Shown here: in pieces, positions 28,052 to 40,486 of the stretch | Layout of the letters: every line of letters starts with the position of its first letter | Numbering within the stretch: the stretch's first letter is position 1 | Assembly (NCBI RefSeq): GCF_006345805.1 | Contig: NC_042998.1 | Span: 103,416,001-103,480,000 of the forward strand | Direction: 5' to 3' | Source of the DNA: Octopus sinensis | Taxonomy: Eukaryota | Length of the DNA: 64,000 bases | The notes under the pieces: generated by a model | What the model was told of the DNA's origin: nothing | What the model saw: the letters and a program-made list of their open reading frames with translations, nothing else | Database searches by the model: none | Translations under genes and position numbers: made by a program

Positions 28052-28272
28052 TTCAGACAAATACATAACAAAAACACCAGGACTTACAAACACATATAAC
28101 ATACAGAAAATTGCACTACTGGGCACTGCACACATCCTACGCAGAACACTTTCCATACAATAACCATCAGAGCATCACAACAAATCACAGCACATACCCA
28201 AGGCACACAGAGCTGCGCTCGGTAGTGAAGTGAAAGCACGCTATAAAAATAAAACTACTGAATAATAATATA

Positions 28273-28319
<47 letters not shown>

Positions 28320-28325
28320 TAATAA

Positions 28326-28356
<31 letters not shown>

Positions 28357-28360
28357 TATG
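27810..28360. repeat. (TAA)n microsatellite interrupted by retroelement 3' ends
   Basis: Direct inspection. Confidence 0.9.
28050..28262 (+). mobile_element. R4/Dong-type (RLE) LINE 3' end
   Basis: 28056-28163 translates to DKYITKTPGLTNTYNIQKIALLGTAHILRRTLSIQ*, matching the R4/Dong C-terminal QKxALLGTAxILR pattern; embedded in (TAA)n. Confidence 0.7.
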
Positions 28361-28951
28361 TGTGTGTGTATACACACATATATTTCAACTATAGGCACAA
28401 GGACTGAAATTTTAGGGAAGAGGTGCTCAACTTGGTACTTATTTTACCAACCCCGAATGGACAAAAAGCAATGACGACCTCGGCGGAATTTGAATTCAGG
28501 ACATTTCGTCTCTCGTGTTAACCATTATACCAGCTCACCGCCTAATGAATAAGTGTGAAATATCTTTTAGCATTTGCTGCAGATCCTAGCGCTCTGAGTA
28601 CAAATTTGACCAAGGTTAAGTTTAACATTCCACCTTTCGGAATCGCTAAAACAAAGTTCCAGTCCAGAGTGGTAGATTGCTGCAATTAATATAATGATAA
28701 ACAGGGTACCTTGCGGTATTTGTACTACATTTTGCGTTATGAGTTGTTGGGTAGTAGAATTTATTCGTAATTCAGTTTAACATTATCATCAGATGCTTCT
28801 ATTTGTTGCAAACTTTCGAATTTAGACCCCTTCGCTTTAAAGATGACTGTCCGTCTTGATCCCACCAGCCTGGGAGATCCTAACAAGATTAATAGTCTAC
28901 AAAAACATATGCACATACACACACTCTTTCGTATACATATACCTATGTATC

Positions 28952-28984
<33 letters not shown>

Positions 28985-29093
28985 TATATAATATATAATA
29001 TATATATGTAGGTCCCGGGTTGATTCGGGGTTAACCACAGTAAATAAGGTACTCAATACATAGTAGAGTAAAATTAATTTATTATATAGAAGG

Positions 29094-29144
29094 AGCTTCT
29101 ACAGGACTAGAACTGTTTCATTCAAGAGAAATCTTCAGGAAGCT
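29094..29144 (-). ncRNA. Type I hammerhead ribozyme (inverted pLTR copy)
   Basis: Exact reverse complement of 45748-45798. Confidence 0.8.
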
Positions 29145-29745
29145 AGTTAACAAGAATTGTATTGGCATTTATACATTTAGGCAGGTTTAAAGGGGTGTGG
29201 TGGGGGACTTTTGGGGGTAGGCATAGCGCAAAATATCATACTTGGGGGAGTGGTCAAGGAGTCAGTGTTAAATTAGATAGAAGAATAAATAAAAAAAATA
29301 AAAAAATATATTAAAAAATATATAAAAATATATATAAAAAAAGGGAATAGAGTTTTAGGTAATAAGGAGATTCTCACTTATACCTATGCACAATATGTAT
29401 ACATATATACACACACATACAAACATATATACATATACATACACACATACGTACACACACACATATATACTATATATACACTTACACATACATATACATA
29501 TCTACACATACACATATATGTATACATACACACACTCACATGCATACACGTATACACACATGTATATATACACACACGACCACACATACATATACACACA
29601 GAAAAATATATATACACATACACACACATACTCACATACACGCATACACACACATATCCACACACACATATGCACACACAGCACACTAGTCCCTATATAC
29701 ACATATATACACATACACACACATATACACACGCATACATATACA

Positions 29746-29793
<48 letters not shown>

Positions 29794-30280
29794 GTGTACC
29801 TATACATACCTACACATACACACATATATACACATACAAATACAGACCCATTCCCTAATTTTAATTTTATTATCTTCATTTATTACTTTTGTTATCTTTG
29901 ATCGGTGGTCACAAACATCTTGCTATGACAGCCAGTCCATTTATCTGTCTACTGGAAAACAAGCACTCATTTACTCACGCACACTCTTTAGCACGTACAC
30001 TCACTCATTCGCACACTCATACACATACACGCACGCACGCGTTATATTCATACATACATACATCTACATACATTCACGTATATACACATACGTACGCGTA
30101 CCTACAGATTCATGTCTACACTCTTAGAAGGCTAGTCTATACATATACACCAATAAATATAAATACACACACATACATATACACCTACATACAAATACAT
30201 ACATGTATATATATATATACATATACATACATATACACATATATATACATACATATATATATACATATATATTATATATT

Positions 30281-31842
30281 ATATAAAAGGCTTAGTAAAA
30301 TAAATACTTTGCCGCATACTGAACTCATTAGAAATAGCAGCTAAAAAACTTTTTTAGGCTATTTCTAATACTTAAAGAAAATCTCTCTCATATATAGTGT
30401 TTGCATAATTAACTCACAAAAGTTGGGGGTAATGACATCGAAAAATCAAATGCTAAGGTTATTCGAGAACGTACGTTTCAAGATTAGTCAAAACAACATT
30501 TCTATCATCGGCTCGGAAATTCCTTGGTTGGATTTGGAAACACTGAAAATAAGAACATACCCTCTCGAAGATCTGCTCCCAACTAACAGTGCCAACAAAT
30601 TCAAAATAAGCAAGGAAGAATCTCTGTTCTCCCCTTTCCACCAGCGTGGGTTAAAATCATCAAACTCTATGCTTATTTCGGTAAAGTCCGAAGCATTAAT
30701 CAGAGGGAGATTAATTATAATTTCAACAATTGAGGGCAAAATATTAATTATTAATCAATTCACCAAGTGTTCAGTATGCAAAGGGACCATTCAAGGCGAA
30801 TTCAAATTATTACATTATATAAAAGGGCTTAGTAAAATAAATTACTTTGCCGCATACTGAACTCATTAGAAATAGCAGCTAAAAAACTTTTTTAAGGCTA
30901 TTTCTAATACTTAAAGAAAATCTCTCTCATATATAGTGTTGCATAATTTAACTCACAAAAGTTTGGGGGTAATGACATCGAAAAATCAAATGCTAAGGTT
31001 ATTCGAGAACGTACGTTTCAAGATTAGTCAAAACAAACATTCTATCATCGGCTCGGAAATTCCTTGGTTTGGATTTGGAAACACTGAAAATAAGAACATA
31101 CCCTCTCGAAGATCTGCTCCCAACTAACAGTGCCAACAAATTCAAAATAAGCAAGCGAAGAATCTCTGTTCTCCCCTTTCCACCAGCGTGGGTTAAAATC
31201 ATCAAACTCTATGCTTATTTCGGTAAAGTCCGAAGCATTAATCAGAGGGAGATTAATTATAATTTCAACAATTGAGGGCAAAATTAATTAATTATTAATC
31301 AATTTCACCAAGTGTTCAGTATGCAAAGGGACCATTCAAGGCGAATTCAAATTATTACATTATATAAAAGGGCTTAGTAAAATAAATTACTTTGCCGCAT
31401 ACTGAACTCATTAGAAATAGCAGCTAAAAAATTTTTAAGGCTATTTCTAATACTTAAAGAAAATCCCTCTCATATATAGTGTTTGCATAATTTAACTCAC
31501 AAAAGTTTGGGGGTAATGACATCGAAAAATCAAATGCTAAGGTTATTCGAGAACGTACGTTTCAAGATTAGTCAAAACAACATTTCTATCATCGGCTCGG
31601 AAATTCTTGGTTTGGATTTGAAACACTGAAAATAAGAACATACCCTCTCGAAGATCTGACCCAACTAACAGTGCCAACAAATTCAAAATAAGCAAGCGAA
31701 GAATCTCTGTTCTCCCCTTTCCACCAGCGTGGGTTAAAATCATCAACTCTATGCTTATTTCGGTAAAGTCCGAAGCATTAATCAGAGGGAGATTAATTAT
31801 AATTTCAACAATTGAGGGCAAAATTAATTATTATTAATCAAT
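30281..31842. repeat. Tandem array, ~540-bp unit, ~2.9 copies
   Basis: cttagtaaaat recurs at 30291, 30828 and 31373; the unit has a hairpin (ttagaaatagc...gctatttctaa) and an inverted repeat gcatactgaac/gttcagtatgc. Confidence 0.9.
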
Positions 31843-32107
31843 CATATATATTATATAGATATACATATACATACATATACACATATACATATATATATAT
31901 ATACATATACACACACATACACATACATACATATACAACATACACTACACATACGTATACATACATACATACATCCATACATAATACATTTATACACATA
32001 CACACACCCACACGTATACATATACGTACATATATATACGCGCATGCATACACATACAAATACATACACATACGCATACACATACATACACATACATACA
32101 TACACAT

Positions 32108-32140
<33 letters not shown>

Positions 32141-32141
<1 letters not shown>

Positions 32142-35100
32142 TAGCAATTAAGGACAACTACTTAATAAGGAAAACTAACAAGAAATTGTCAGGTAGATAG
32201 CGTAAAAACCTCATACGAGAAAAAATTTCGAAAAATATATTATTCTTATTGAACATATTAATTTATATATAGAGGGCATTATACATACATGCCAGGAGGC
32301 ATTCTACATACACGCCATACGCTAAGAGGGACAATCAGTCATTTCTACCAAAAATATTACTAATCCCACCGAATGCAATTTTTCAAAGAAGACATTTAAA
32401 AATATATAGACCTGTATCACAGTGATTTCATACTTACGTAATCATCAGCAGGCCTGAATATACTATAAATAAACAACGACCCTGCTTCGCTTAAGCCGAT
32501 CAGCTAACTGATCAACATCAACGAAGCACATGGGTGGGTTCATATATACTATATCCGGATGAATGGCAAACTTTTACGAATTGCATTTCGGGAGAGGAAA
32601 AGTTTTTTCGGAATAAAAATTAGCAATTAAGGACAACTACTTAATAAGGAAAACTTAACAAGAAATTGTCAGGTAGATAGCGTAAAAACCTCATACGAGA
32701 AAAATTTCGAAAATAATTATTTCTTATTGAACATATTAATTTATATATAGAGGGCATTATACATACATGCCAGGAGGCATTCTACATACACGCCATACGC
32801 TAAGAGGGACAATCAGTCATTTCTACCAAAATATTACTAATCCCACCGAATGCAATTTTTCAAAGAAAGACATTTAAAAATATATAGACCTGTATCACAG
32901 TGATTCATACTTACGTAATCATCAGCAGGCCTGAATATACTATAAATAAACAACGACCCTGCTTCGCTTAAGCCGATCAGCTAACTGATCAAATCAACGA
33001 AGCACATGGGTGGGTTCATATATACTATATCCGATGAATGGAAACTTTTACGAATTGCATTTCGGGAGAGGAAAAGTTTTTTCGGAATAAAAATTTAGCA
33101 ATTAAGGACAACTACTTAATAAGAAAACTTAACAAGAAATTGTCAGGTAGATAGCGTAAAAACCTCATACGAGAAAAAATTCGAAAATAATTATTTCTTA
33201 TTGAACATATTAATTTATATATAGAGGGCATTATACATACATGCCAGGAGGCATTCTACATACACGCCATACGCTAAGAGGGACAATCAGTCATTCTACC
33301 AAAAATATTACTAATCCCACCGAATGCAATTTTTCAAAGAAAGACATTTAAAAATATATAGACCTGTATCACAGTGATTTCATACTTACGTAATCATCAG
33401 CAGGCCTGAATATACTATAAATAAACAACGACCCTGCTTCGCTTAAGCCGATCAGCTAACTGATCAACATCAACGAAGCACATGGGTGGTTTATATATAC
33501 TATATCCGGATGAATGGCAAACTTTTACGAATTGCATTTCGGGAGAGGAAAAGTTTTTTCGGAATAAAAATTTAGCAATTAAGGACAACTACTTAATAAG
33601 GAAAACTTAACAGAAATTGTCAGGTAGATAGCGTAAAAACCTCATACGAGAAAAAATTTCGAAAATAATATTCTTATTGAACATATTAATTCTATATAGA
33701 GGGCATTATACATACATGCCAGGAGGCATTCTACATACACGCCATACGCTAAGAGGGACAATCAGTCATTTCTACCAAAAAATTACTAATCCCACCGAAT
33801 GCAATTTTTCAAAGAAAGACATTTAAAAATATATAGACCTGTTATCACAGTGATTCATACTTACGTAATCATCAGCAGGCCTGAATATACTATAAATAAA
33901 CAACGACCCTGCTTCGCTTAAGCCGATCAGCTAACTGATCACATCAACGAAGCACATGGGTGGGTTTATATATACTATATCCGGATGAATGGCAAACTTT
34001 TACGAATTGCATTTCGGGAGAGGAAAAGTTTTTTCGGAATAAAAATTTAGCAATTAAGGACAACTACTTAATAAGGAAAACTTAACAGAAATTGTCAGGT
34101 AGATAGCGTAAAAACCTCATACGAGAAAAAATTTCGAAAATAATTATTTCTTATTGAACATATTAATTTATATATAGAGGGCATTATATACATGCCAGGA
34201 GGCATTCTACATACACGCCATACGCTAAGAGGGACAATCAGTCATTTCTACCAAAATATTACTAATCCCACCGAATGCAATTTTTCAAAGAAAGACATTT
34301 AAAAATATATAGACCTGTATCACAGTGATTTCATACTTACGTAATCATCAGCAGGCCTGAATATACTATAAATAAACAACGACCCTGGCTTCGCTTAGCG
34401 ATCAGCTAACTGATCAACATCAACGAAGCACCATGGGTGGGTTATATATACATATCCGGATGAATGGCAAACTTTTACGAATTGCATTTCGGGAGAGGAA
34501 AAGTTTTTTCGGAATAAAAATTTAGCAATTAGGACAACTACTTAATAAGGAAAACTTAACAAGAAATTGTCAGGTAGATAGCGTAAAAACCTCATACGAG
34601 AAAAAATTTCGAAAATAATTATTTCTTATTGAACATATTAATTTATATATAGAGGCATATACATACATGCCAGGAGGCATTCTACATACACGCCATACGC
34701 TAAGAGGGACATCAGTCATTTCTACCAAAAATTACTAACCACCGAATGCAATTTTTCAAAGAAAGACATTTAAAAATAATAGACCTGTATCACAGTGATT
34801 TCATACTTACGTAATCATCAGCAGGCCTGAATATACTATAAATAAACAACGACCCTGCTTCGCTTAAGCCGATCAGCTAACTGATCAACATCAACGAAGC
34901 ACATGGGTGGGTTTATATATACTATATCCGGATGAATGGCAAACTTTTACGAATTGCATTTCGGGAGAGGAAAAGTTTTTTCGGAATAAAAATTTAGCAA
35001 TTAAGGACAACTACTTAATAAGGAAAACTTAACAAGAAATTGTCAGGTAGATAGCGTAAAAACCTCATACGAGAAAAATTTCGAAAATAATTATTTCTTA

Positions 35101-35351
35101 TTGACATATTAATTTATATAGAGGGCATTATACATACATGCCAGGAGGCATTCTACATACACGCCATACGCTAAGAGGGACAATCAGTCATTTCTACCAA
35201 AAATATTACTAATCCCACCGAATGCAATTTTTCAAAGAAAGACATTTAAAAATATAGACCTGTATCACAGTGATTTCATACTTACGTAATCATCAGCAGG
35301 CCTGAATATACTATAAATAAACAACGACCCTGCTTCGCTTAAGCCGATCAG

Positions 35352-35357
<6 letters not shown>
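32141..35357 (-). repeat. Tandem array, ~476-bp unit, ~6.8 copies, one hammerhead per unit (retrozyme-like)
   Basis: Unit starts at 32141, 32620, 33095, 33572, 34047, 34522 and 34994; flanked by (TA)n on both sides; no long ORF. Confidence 0.9.
32409..32454 (-). ncRNA. Minimal type I hammerhead ribozyme (first of 7; others at 32887, 33361, 33836, 34312, 34782, 35257)
   Basis: Minus strand GGCCTG-CTGATGA-TTAC GTAA GTAT-GAAA-TCAC T GTGA-TA-CAGGTC: canonical CUGAUGA and GAAA cores, 6-bp stem I, stem II with a GUAA tetraloop, palindromic stem III, AUA cleavage triplet. Confidence 0.85.
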
Positions 35358-35424
<67 letters not shown>

Positions 35425-35462
35425 CACACACATACATATACATACATACATATACAAATATA

Positions 35463-36750
35463 CAATGGATCAACAAAAAATCTGTGACCCCCTTCGACGT
35501 CAGCATGGGTGCTAACGACTCTGCTGAAATAAGTGACCTAGTGGGCCTTTTCATCCTCCATAGGCTGAAAACCCTATTCACAGGCCTCTCCGGTGGTCTT
35601 TACCGCGATGACGGCCTTTTCGCCCTCCACAAAATAAACCCCAGGACCACGGATGGGTTCCGGAAAAATCTTTACACCTTCTTTAAAAACTTAGGCCTTA
35701 GGATTACCTTAGAACCCAACTTAACAAAAGCTAACTTCCTTGATGTCACCCTCGACTTAAAAATCTCACTTTATTACCCGTACCACAAACCAAATGAATC
35801 CCTTAGATATATAGATATTAATTCCAACCACCCCACCAAAAATATATTAGATAACCTAGTAAAAAGTGTCTCAATAGAATTTCTAGCCTGTCCGCCACGG
35901 AAGATATCTTTAAGGCCGCAGCCCCCTATTACAACGAGGCCCTGGCCCGCGGTGGCTTTAAAGATAAGATTACCTATACTAGTATAGCCCCACGCCAACC
36001 CAGGAAAAATAGACGAAGACACATTAGCTGGTACAACCCCCCCTTCAACCGTGAGGTCGCTACACCTGTAGCTAAAATCTTCTTCACTCTCCTACAGAAA
36101 CACTTCCCCACCCAACATAAGTACTACACTATCCTAAATAAGAACACTATTAGACTCTCCTACTCTACCACGCCCAATCTAGCCAGGAACCTAGCCAACA
36201 ACAATGTGAAAAAACTTAACATATCTACTTTTTCCGAGGCCCATCCAACGTCCGATATAGCAATTGCAACTGCCCTGATAAAACCACCTGCCCCCTCAAC
36301 AACAACTGCCTACAGAGGGACCTAGTATATACATGCGAGGTAAGATCAGGCCCTGACGATAAAAGAAAATCCTACATCGGAATGACGTCAAACAGCTTTA
36401 AGACCCGTTGGTACGCACACACACATTCGTTCCGGCGACAGGATAAATCCAACCAAACTACCCTCGCCGCCCACATCTGGTACCTTAAAAGGAACTCCAT
36501 CCCCTTCAAGACCAAGTGGAAACTACTACAGAAGGCGCGCTCGTACACAGGAGGCCATACCTGCTGTGACCTCTGCATATCGGAGAGCCTAGAGATCTTG
36601 TTCGCCAAAGCCCTCTCCTTAACAAAATCTCAGAACACTCCCCAAATTGCATGCATAAGAAGTATGCGAACTACAAGAACTATAGACCTACCCGGCAACC
36701 AGATTGATGACACCCCACCCACAAAAACCCCCCCAATCCCACCGTTCCCC
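35463..36750 (+). pseudogene. Penelope-like retroelement ORF: RT (5'-truncated) plus GIY-YIG endonuclease, frameshifted
   Basis: RT motifs [50 protein letters not shown]; endonuclease NCLQRDLVYTCEV...SYIGMTSNSFKTRWYAH...CCDLCISE. Confidence 0.9.
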
Positions 36751-36925
36751 TAGCACCCCCGATTACCTTTTCTCCTAAGACCTTTCAAATATTGTATGTG
36801 CACGCTTGTATATGTGTATCGTATATATGTATAGAAATGTATGGGTATAGTAGGAATACGCATGTATTATGTGGTGTGTGTGTGTATGTATGTAAAAATA
36901 TATAATATATATATGTATGTGCGTG

Positions 36926-36958
<33 letters not shown>

Positions 36959-37056
36959 TATATGTATATATGTATATGTGTATATGTGTGTATGCATATG
37001 TATGTGTATAGTATGTGGTATGTATGTGTATGTATGTATAAAATATTATATAATTA

Positions 37057-37252
37057 GGGCTTAGTAAAATAAATTACTTTGCCACACACTGAACTTTCTA
37101 GAAATAGCAGCCCAAAAAGTTTTTTAGCCTCTCCACTACTTAGAGAATATTTTCCCTCAGACATTATTTACTCAAAAAAATAATGGTCCTTTTACATACT
37201 GAATACTTGGTGAAATTGATTAATAACTAATAACTTTACCCTCAATTGTTGA
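37057..37252. mobile_element. Short derivative of the 540-bp unit with internal inversion
   Basis: First part matches the unit start (gggcttagtaaaataaattactttgcc); last part is the reverse complement of the unit end (acaattgaggg...ggaccat). Confidence 0.75.
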
Positions 37253-37325
37253 TATATGTATGTGTGTGTATATGTGTGTATGTATATGTATATGTACATG
37301 TATGTATGTGTGTATGTATGTATAT

Positions 37326-37360
<35 letters not shown>

Positions 37361-37638
37361 GTGTGTGTATACATTATATATATATTATATATATATATAT
37401 ATATATATGTATCTGTGTGTATCTGTGTATTATGTATATATTTATATATATATATATATGTATATGTATATGTATGTGTGTGTATATGTATATATGTGTA
37501 TATATATGAGTGTACGCGAGTATGTCGATGTATATGTAGGTATGTAGAGTTATGTGTATGTGCATGTATGTGAGTGTAGATACAAACTGTAGATGCGTAT
37601 ATATATGTGTGTGTATATATACATGTATATAGGTATAT

Positions 37639-37684
<46 letters not shown>

Positions 37685-37693
37685 TATATGTAT

Positions 37694-40020
37694 AAACAAA
37701 CGGGGGGGTGTGCACGTAACGCCGCAATATATAAGAATGAATGTTTTTATATATAATGAACGTGAAATACAGGAAGGGACGAACACGGAACACAGACAAA
37801 TCATTCGAAGCCTTCAATCTTCAGTCAGACACCGAATCATCATAGCAAATTTCGGCTGTTCAATTCTGATATTTGCTCCAACTCGGCCAGCCCCAAGAAA
37901 AAAAACTAAGCTGTAAGCATTAGATTTCTTGGTAGAAGACAGGAATGTGAACGCACAAGACGGATGTGAATACAAGAGACGAAAACGAATTGAAAACAGT
38001 AATGAAAAAACAAAATGTATATAACGGTGGTTGTCATACGACTTTAGACCAAATGAGACAAAACAACAACATAGCAGCTGGCGTAGAAATAATTACCGTT
38101 TCGGTAGCGGGGACACATGTTGGTCGAGATACGAAGGCCAACAGAATGGTTGAAGAAGCAGCAGGTCAGGAGAGAGAGAAAGAGAGACAGAGAGAGAGGG
38201 AATCAAAGAGGGTGGAAGGCAGGGGACAGAATCAGTGACCAAGAGAGAAGGAGAAAGAAGGGATTAAGGAGGATGGGAGGAAGAGGGGAGGAGGCGGAGG
38301 AAGAGAGGGGAAGAATCGGAGGGCGCCAAAAAGTTTGGTGAAGAAGCAATGGCGGGTAGTAAAAGACAGTGTGTATAGAAGTCGTGCAGGGTTTAAAATT
38401 GGACAAACAAACGGGGGGGTGCACGTAACGCCGCAATAATATAAGAATGAATGTTTTTATATATAATGAACGTGAAATACAGGAAGGGACGAACACGGAA
38501 CACAGACAAATCATTCGAAGCCTTCAATCTTCAGTCAGACACCGAATCATCATAGCAATTTCGGCTGTTCAATTCTGATATTTGCTCCAACTCGGCCAGC
38601 CCCAAGAAAAAAAACTAAGCTGTAAGCATTAGATTTCGGGTAGAAGACAGGAATGTGAACGCACAAGACGGATGTGAATACAAGAGACGAAAACGAAATT
38701 GAAAACAGTAATGAAAAAACAAAATGTATATAACGGTGGTTGTCATACGACTTTAGACCAAATGAGATAAAACAACAACATAGCAGCTGGCGTAGAAATA
38801 ATTACCGTTTCGGTAGCGGGGACACATGTTGGTCGAGATACGAAGGCCAACAGAATGGTTGAAGAAGCAGCAGGTCAGGAGAGAGAGAAAGAGAGACAGA
38901 GAGAGAGGGAATCAAAGAGGGTGGAAGGCAGGGGACAGAATCAGTGACCAAGAGAGAAGGAGAAAGAAGGGATTAAGGAGGATGGGAGGAAGAGGGGAGG
39001 AGGATGGGAGGAAGAGAGGGGAAGAATCGGAGGGCGCCAAAAAAGTTTGGTGAAGAAGCAATGGCGGGTAGTAAAAGACAGTGTGTATAGAAGTCGTGCA
39101 GGGTTTAAAATTGGACAAACAAACGGGGGGGGGGGTGCACTTAACGCCGCAATAATATAAGAATGAATGTTTTTATATATAATGAACGTGCTATGATGAT
39201 TCGGTGTCTGACTGAAGATTGAAGGCTTCGAATGATTTGTCTGTGTTCCGTGTTCGTCCCTTCCTGTATTTCACGTTCATTATATATAAAAACATTCATT
39301 CTTATATTATTGCGGCGTTACGTGCACCCTCCCGTTTGTTTGTCCAATTTTAAACCCTGCACGACTTCTATACACACTGTCTTTTACTACCCGCCATTGC
39401 TTCTTCACCAAACTTTTTTGGCGCCCTCCGATTCTTCCCCTCTCTTCCTCCCATCCTCCTCCCCTCTTCCTCCCATCCTCCTTAATCCCTTCTTTCTCCT
39501 CTCTCTCTGGTCACTGATTCTGTCCCCTGCCTTCCACCCTCTTTGATTCCCTCTCTCTCTGTCTCTCTTTCTCTCTCTCCTGACCTGCTGCTTCTTCAAC
39601 CATTCTGTTGGCCTTCGTATCTCGACCAACATGTGTCCCCGCTACCGAAACGGTAATTATTTCTACGCCAGCTGCTATGTTGTTGTTTTGTCTCATTTGG
39701 TCTAAAGTCGTATGACAACCACCGTTATATACATTTTGTCTTTTCATTACTGTTTTCAATTTCGTTTTCGTCTCTTGTATTCACATCCGTCTTGTGCGTT
39801 CACATTCCTGTCTTCTACCAAGAAATCTAATGCTTACAGCTTAGTTTTTTTTCTTGGGGCTGGCCGAGTTGGAGCAAATATCAGAATTGAACAGCCGAAA
39901 TTTGCTATGATGATTCGGTGTCTGACTGAAGATTGAAGGCTTCGAATGATTTGTCTGTGTTCCGTGTTCGTCCCTTCCTGTATTTCACGTTCATTATATA
40001 TAAAAACATTCATTCTTATA
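37694..40020. repeat. ~711-bp unit: 2.1 direct copies followed by 1.2 inverted copies
   Basis: aaacaaacggggg at 37694, 38405 and 39117; orientation switches at 39190/39191; the inverted part ends at cattcattctta|tata near 40020. Confidence 0.9.
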
Positions 40021-40260
40021 TATATGTATATGCGAGTATGTAGAGATATAAGTATGTGCATGTGTATATATGTGTGTATATATATGTATAGGTATGTGTA
40101 TGTGTATGTATGTATATATATATATGTGTGTGTATGTATGCATATATGTATGTATGTATGTATGTATATGTGTATGTATATATATGTGTGTAAGTGTGTG
40201 TATATATGTATATGTAAGTGTGTGTGCGTGTATGAGTATGTATGTATGTTTGCATGTGTG

Positions 40261-40291
<31 letters not shown>

Positions 40292-40292
40292 G

Positions 40293-40327
<35 letters not shown>

Positions 40328-40486
40328 GTGTGTATGTGTATGTATGTATGTATATATATGCGTGTGTATGTGTATGTGTATATGTACATATACGTGTACG
40401 CTCGTGTGTTTATGTATATGTAGGTACGTAGAGTTATCTATGTGTGTATGTATTTGTACATGTGTGTAAGTATGTATATACTTTGA

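Noticed and set aside
30423-30860. 145-aa ORF in the 540-bp unit
   Set aside because: No recognisable domain, and the frame is not preserved in the other copies.
30825-30876. Hammerhead call for the 540-bp unit
   Set aside because: G5 and G12 equivalents are substituted and stems I and II are poor; kept only as a weak note in the finding.
39922-39965. CTGAAGA plus hairpin in the 711-bp unit as a hammerhead
   Set aside because: It is followed by GATT instead of GAAA, and no stem I or III can be formed.
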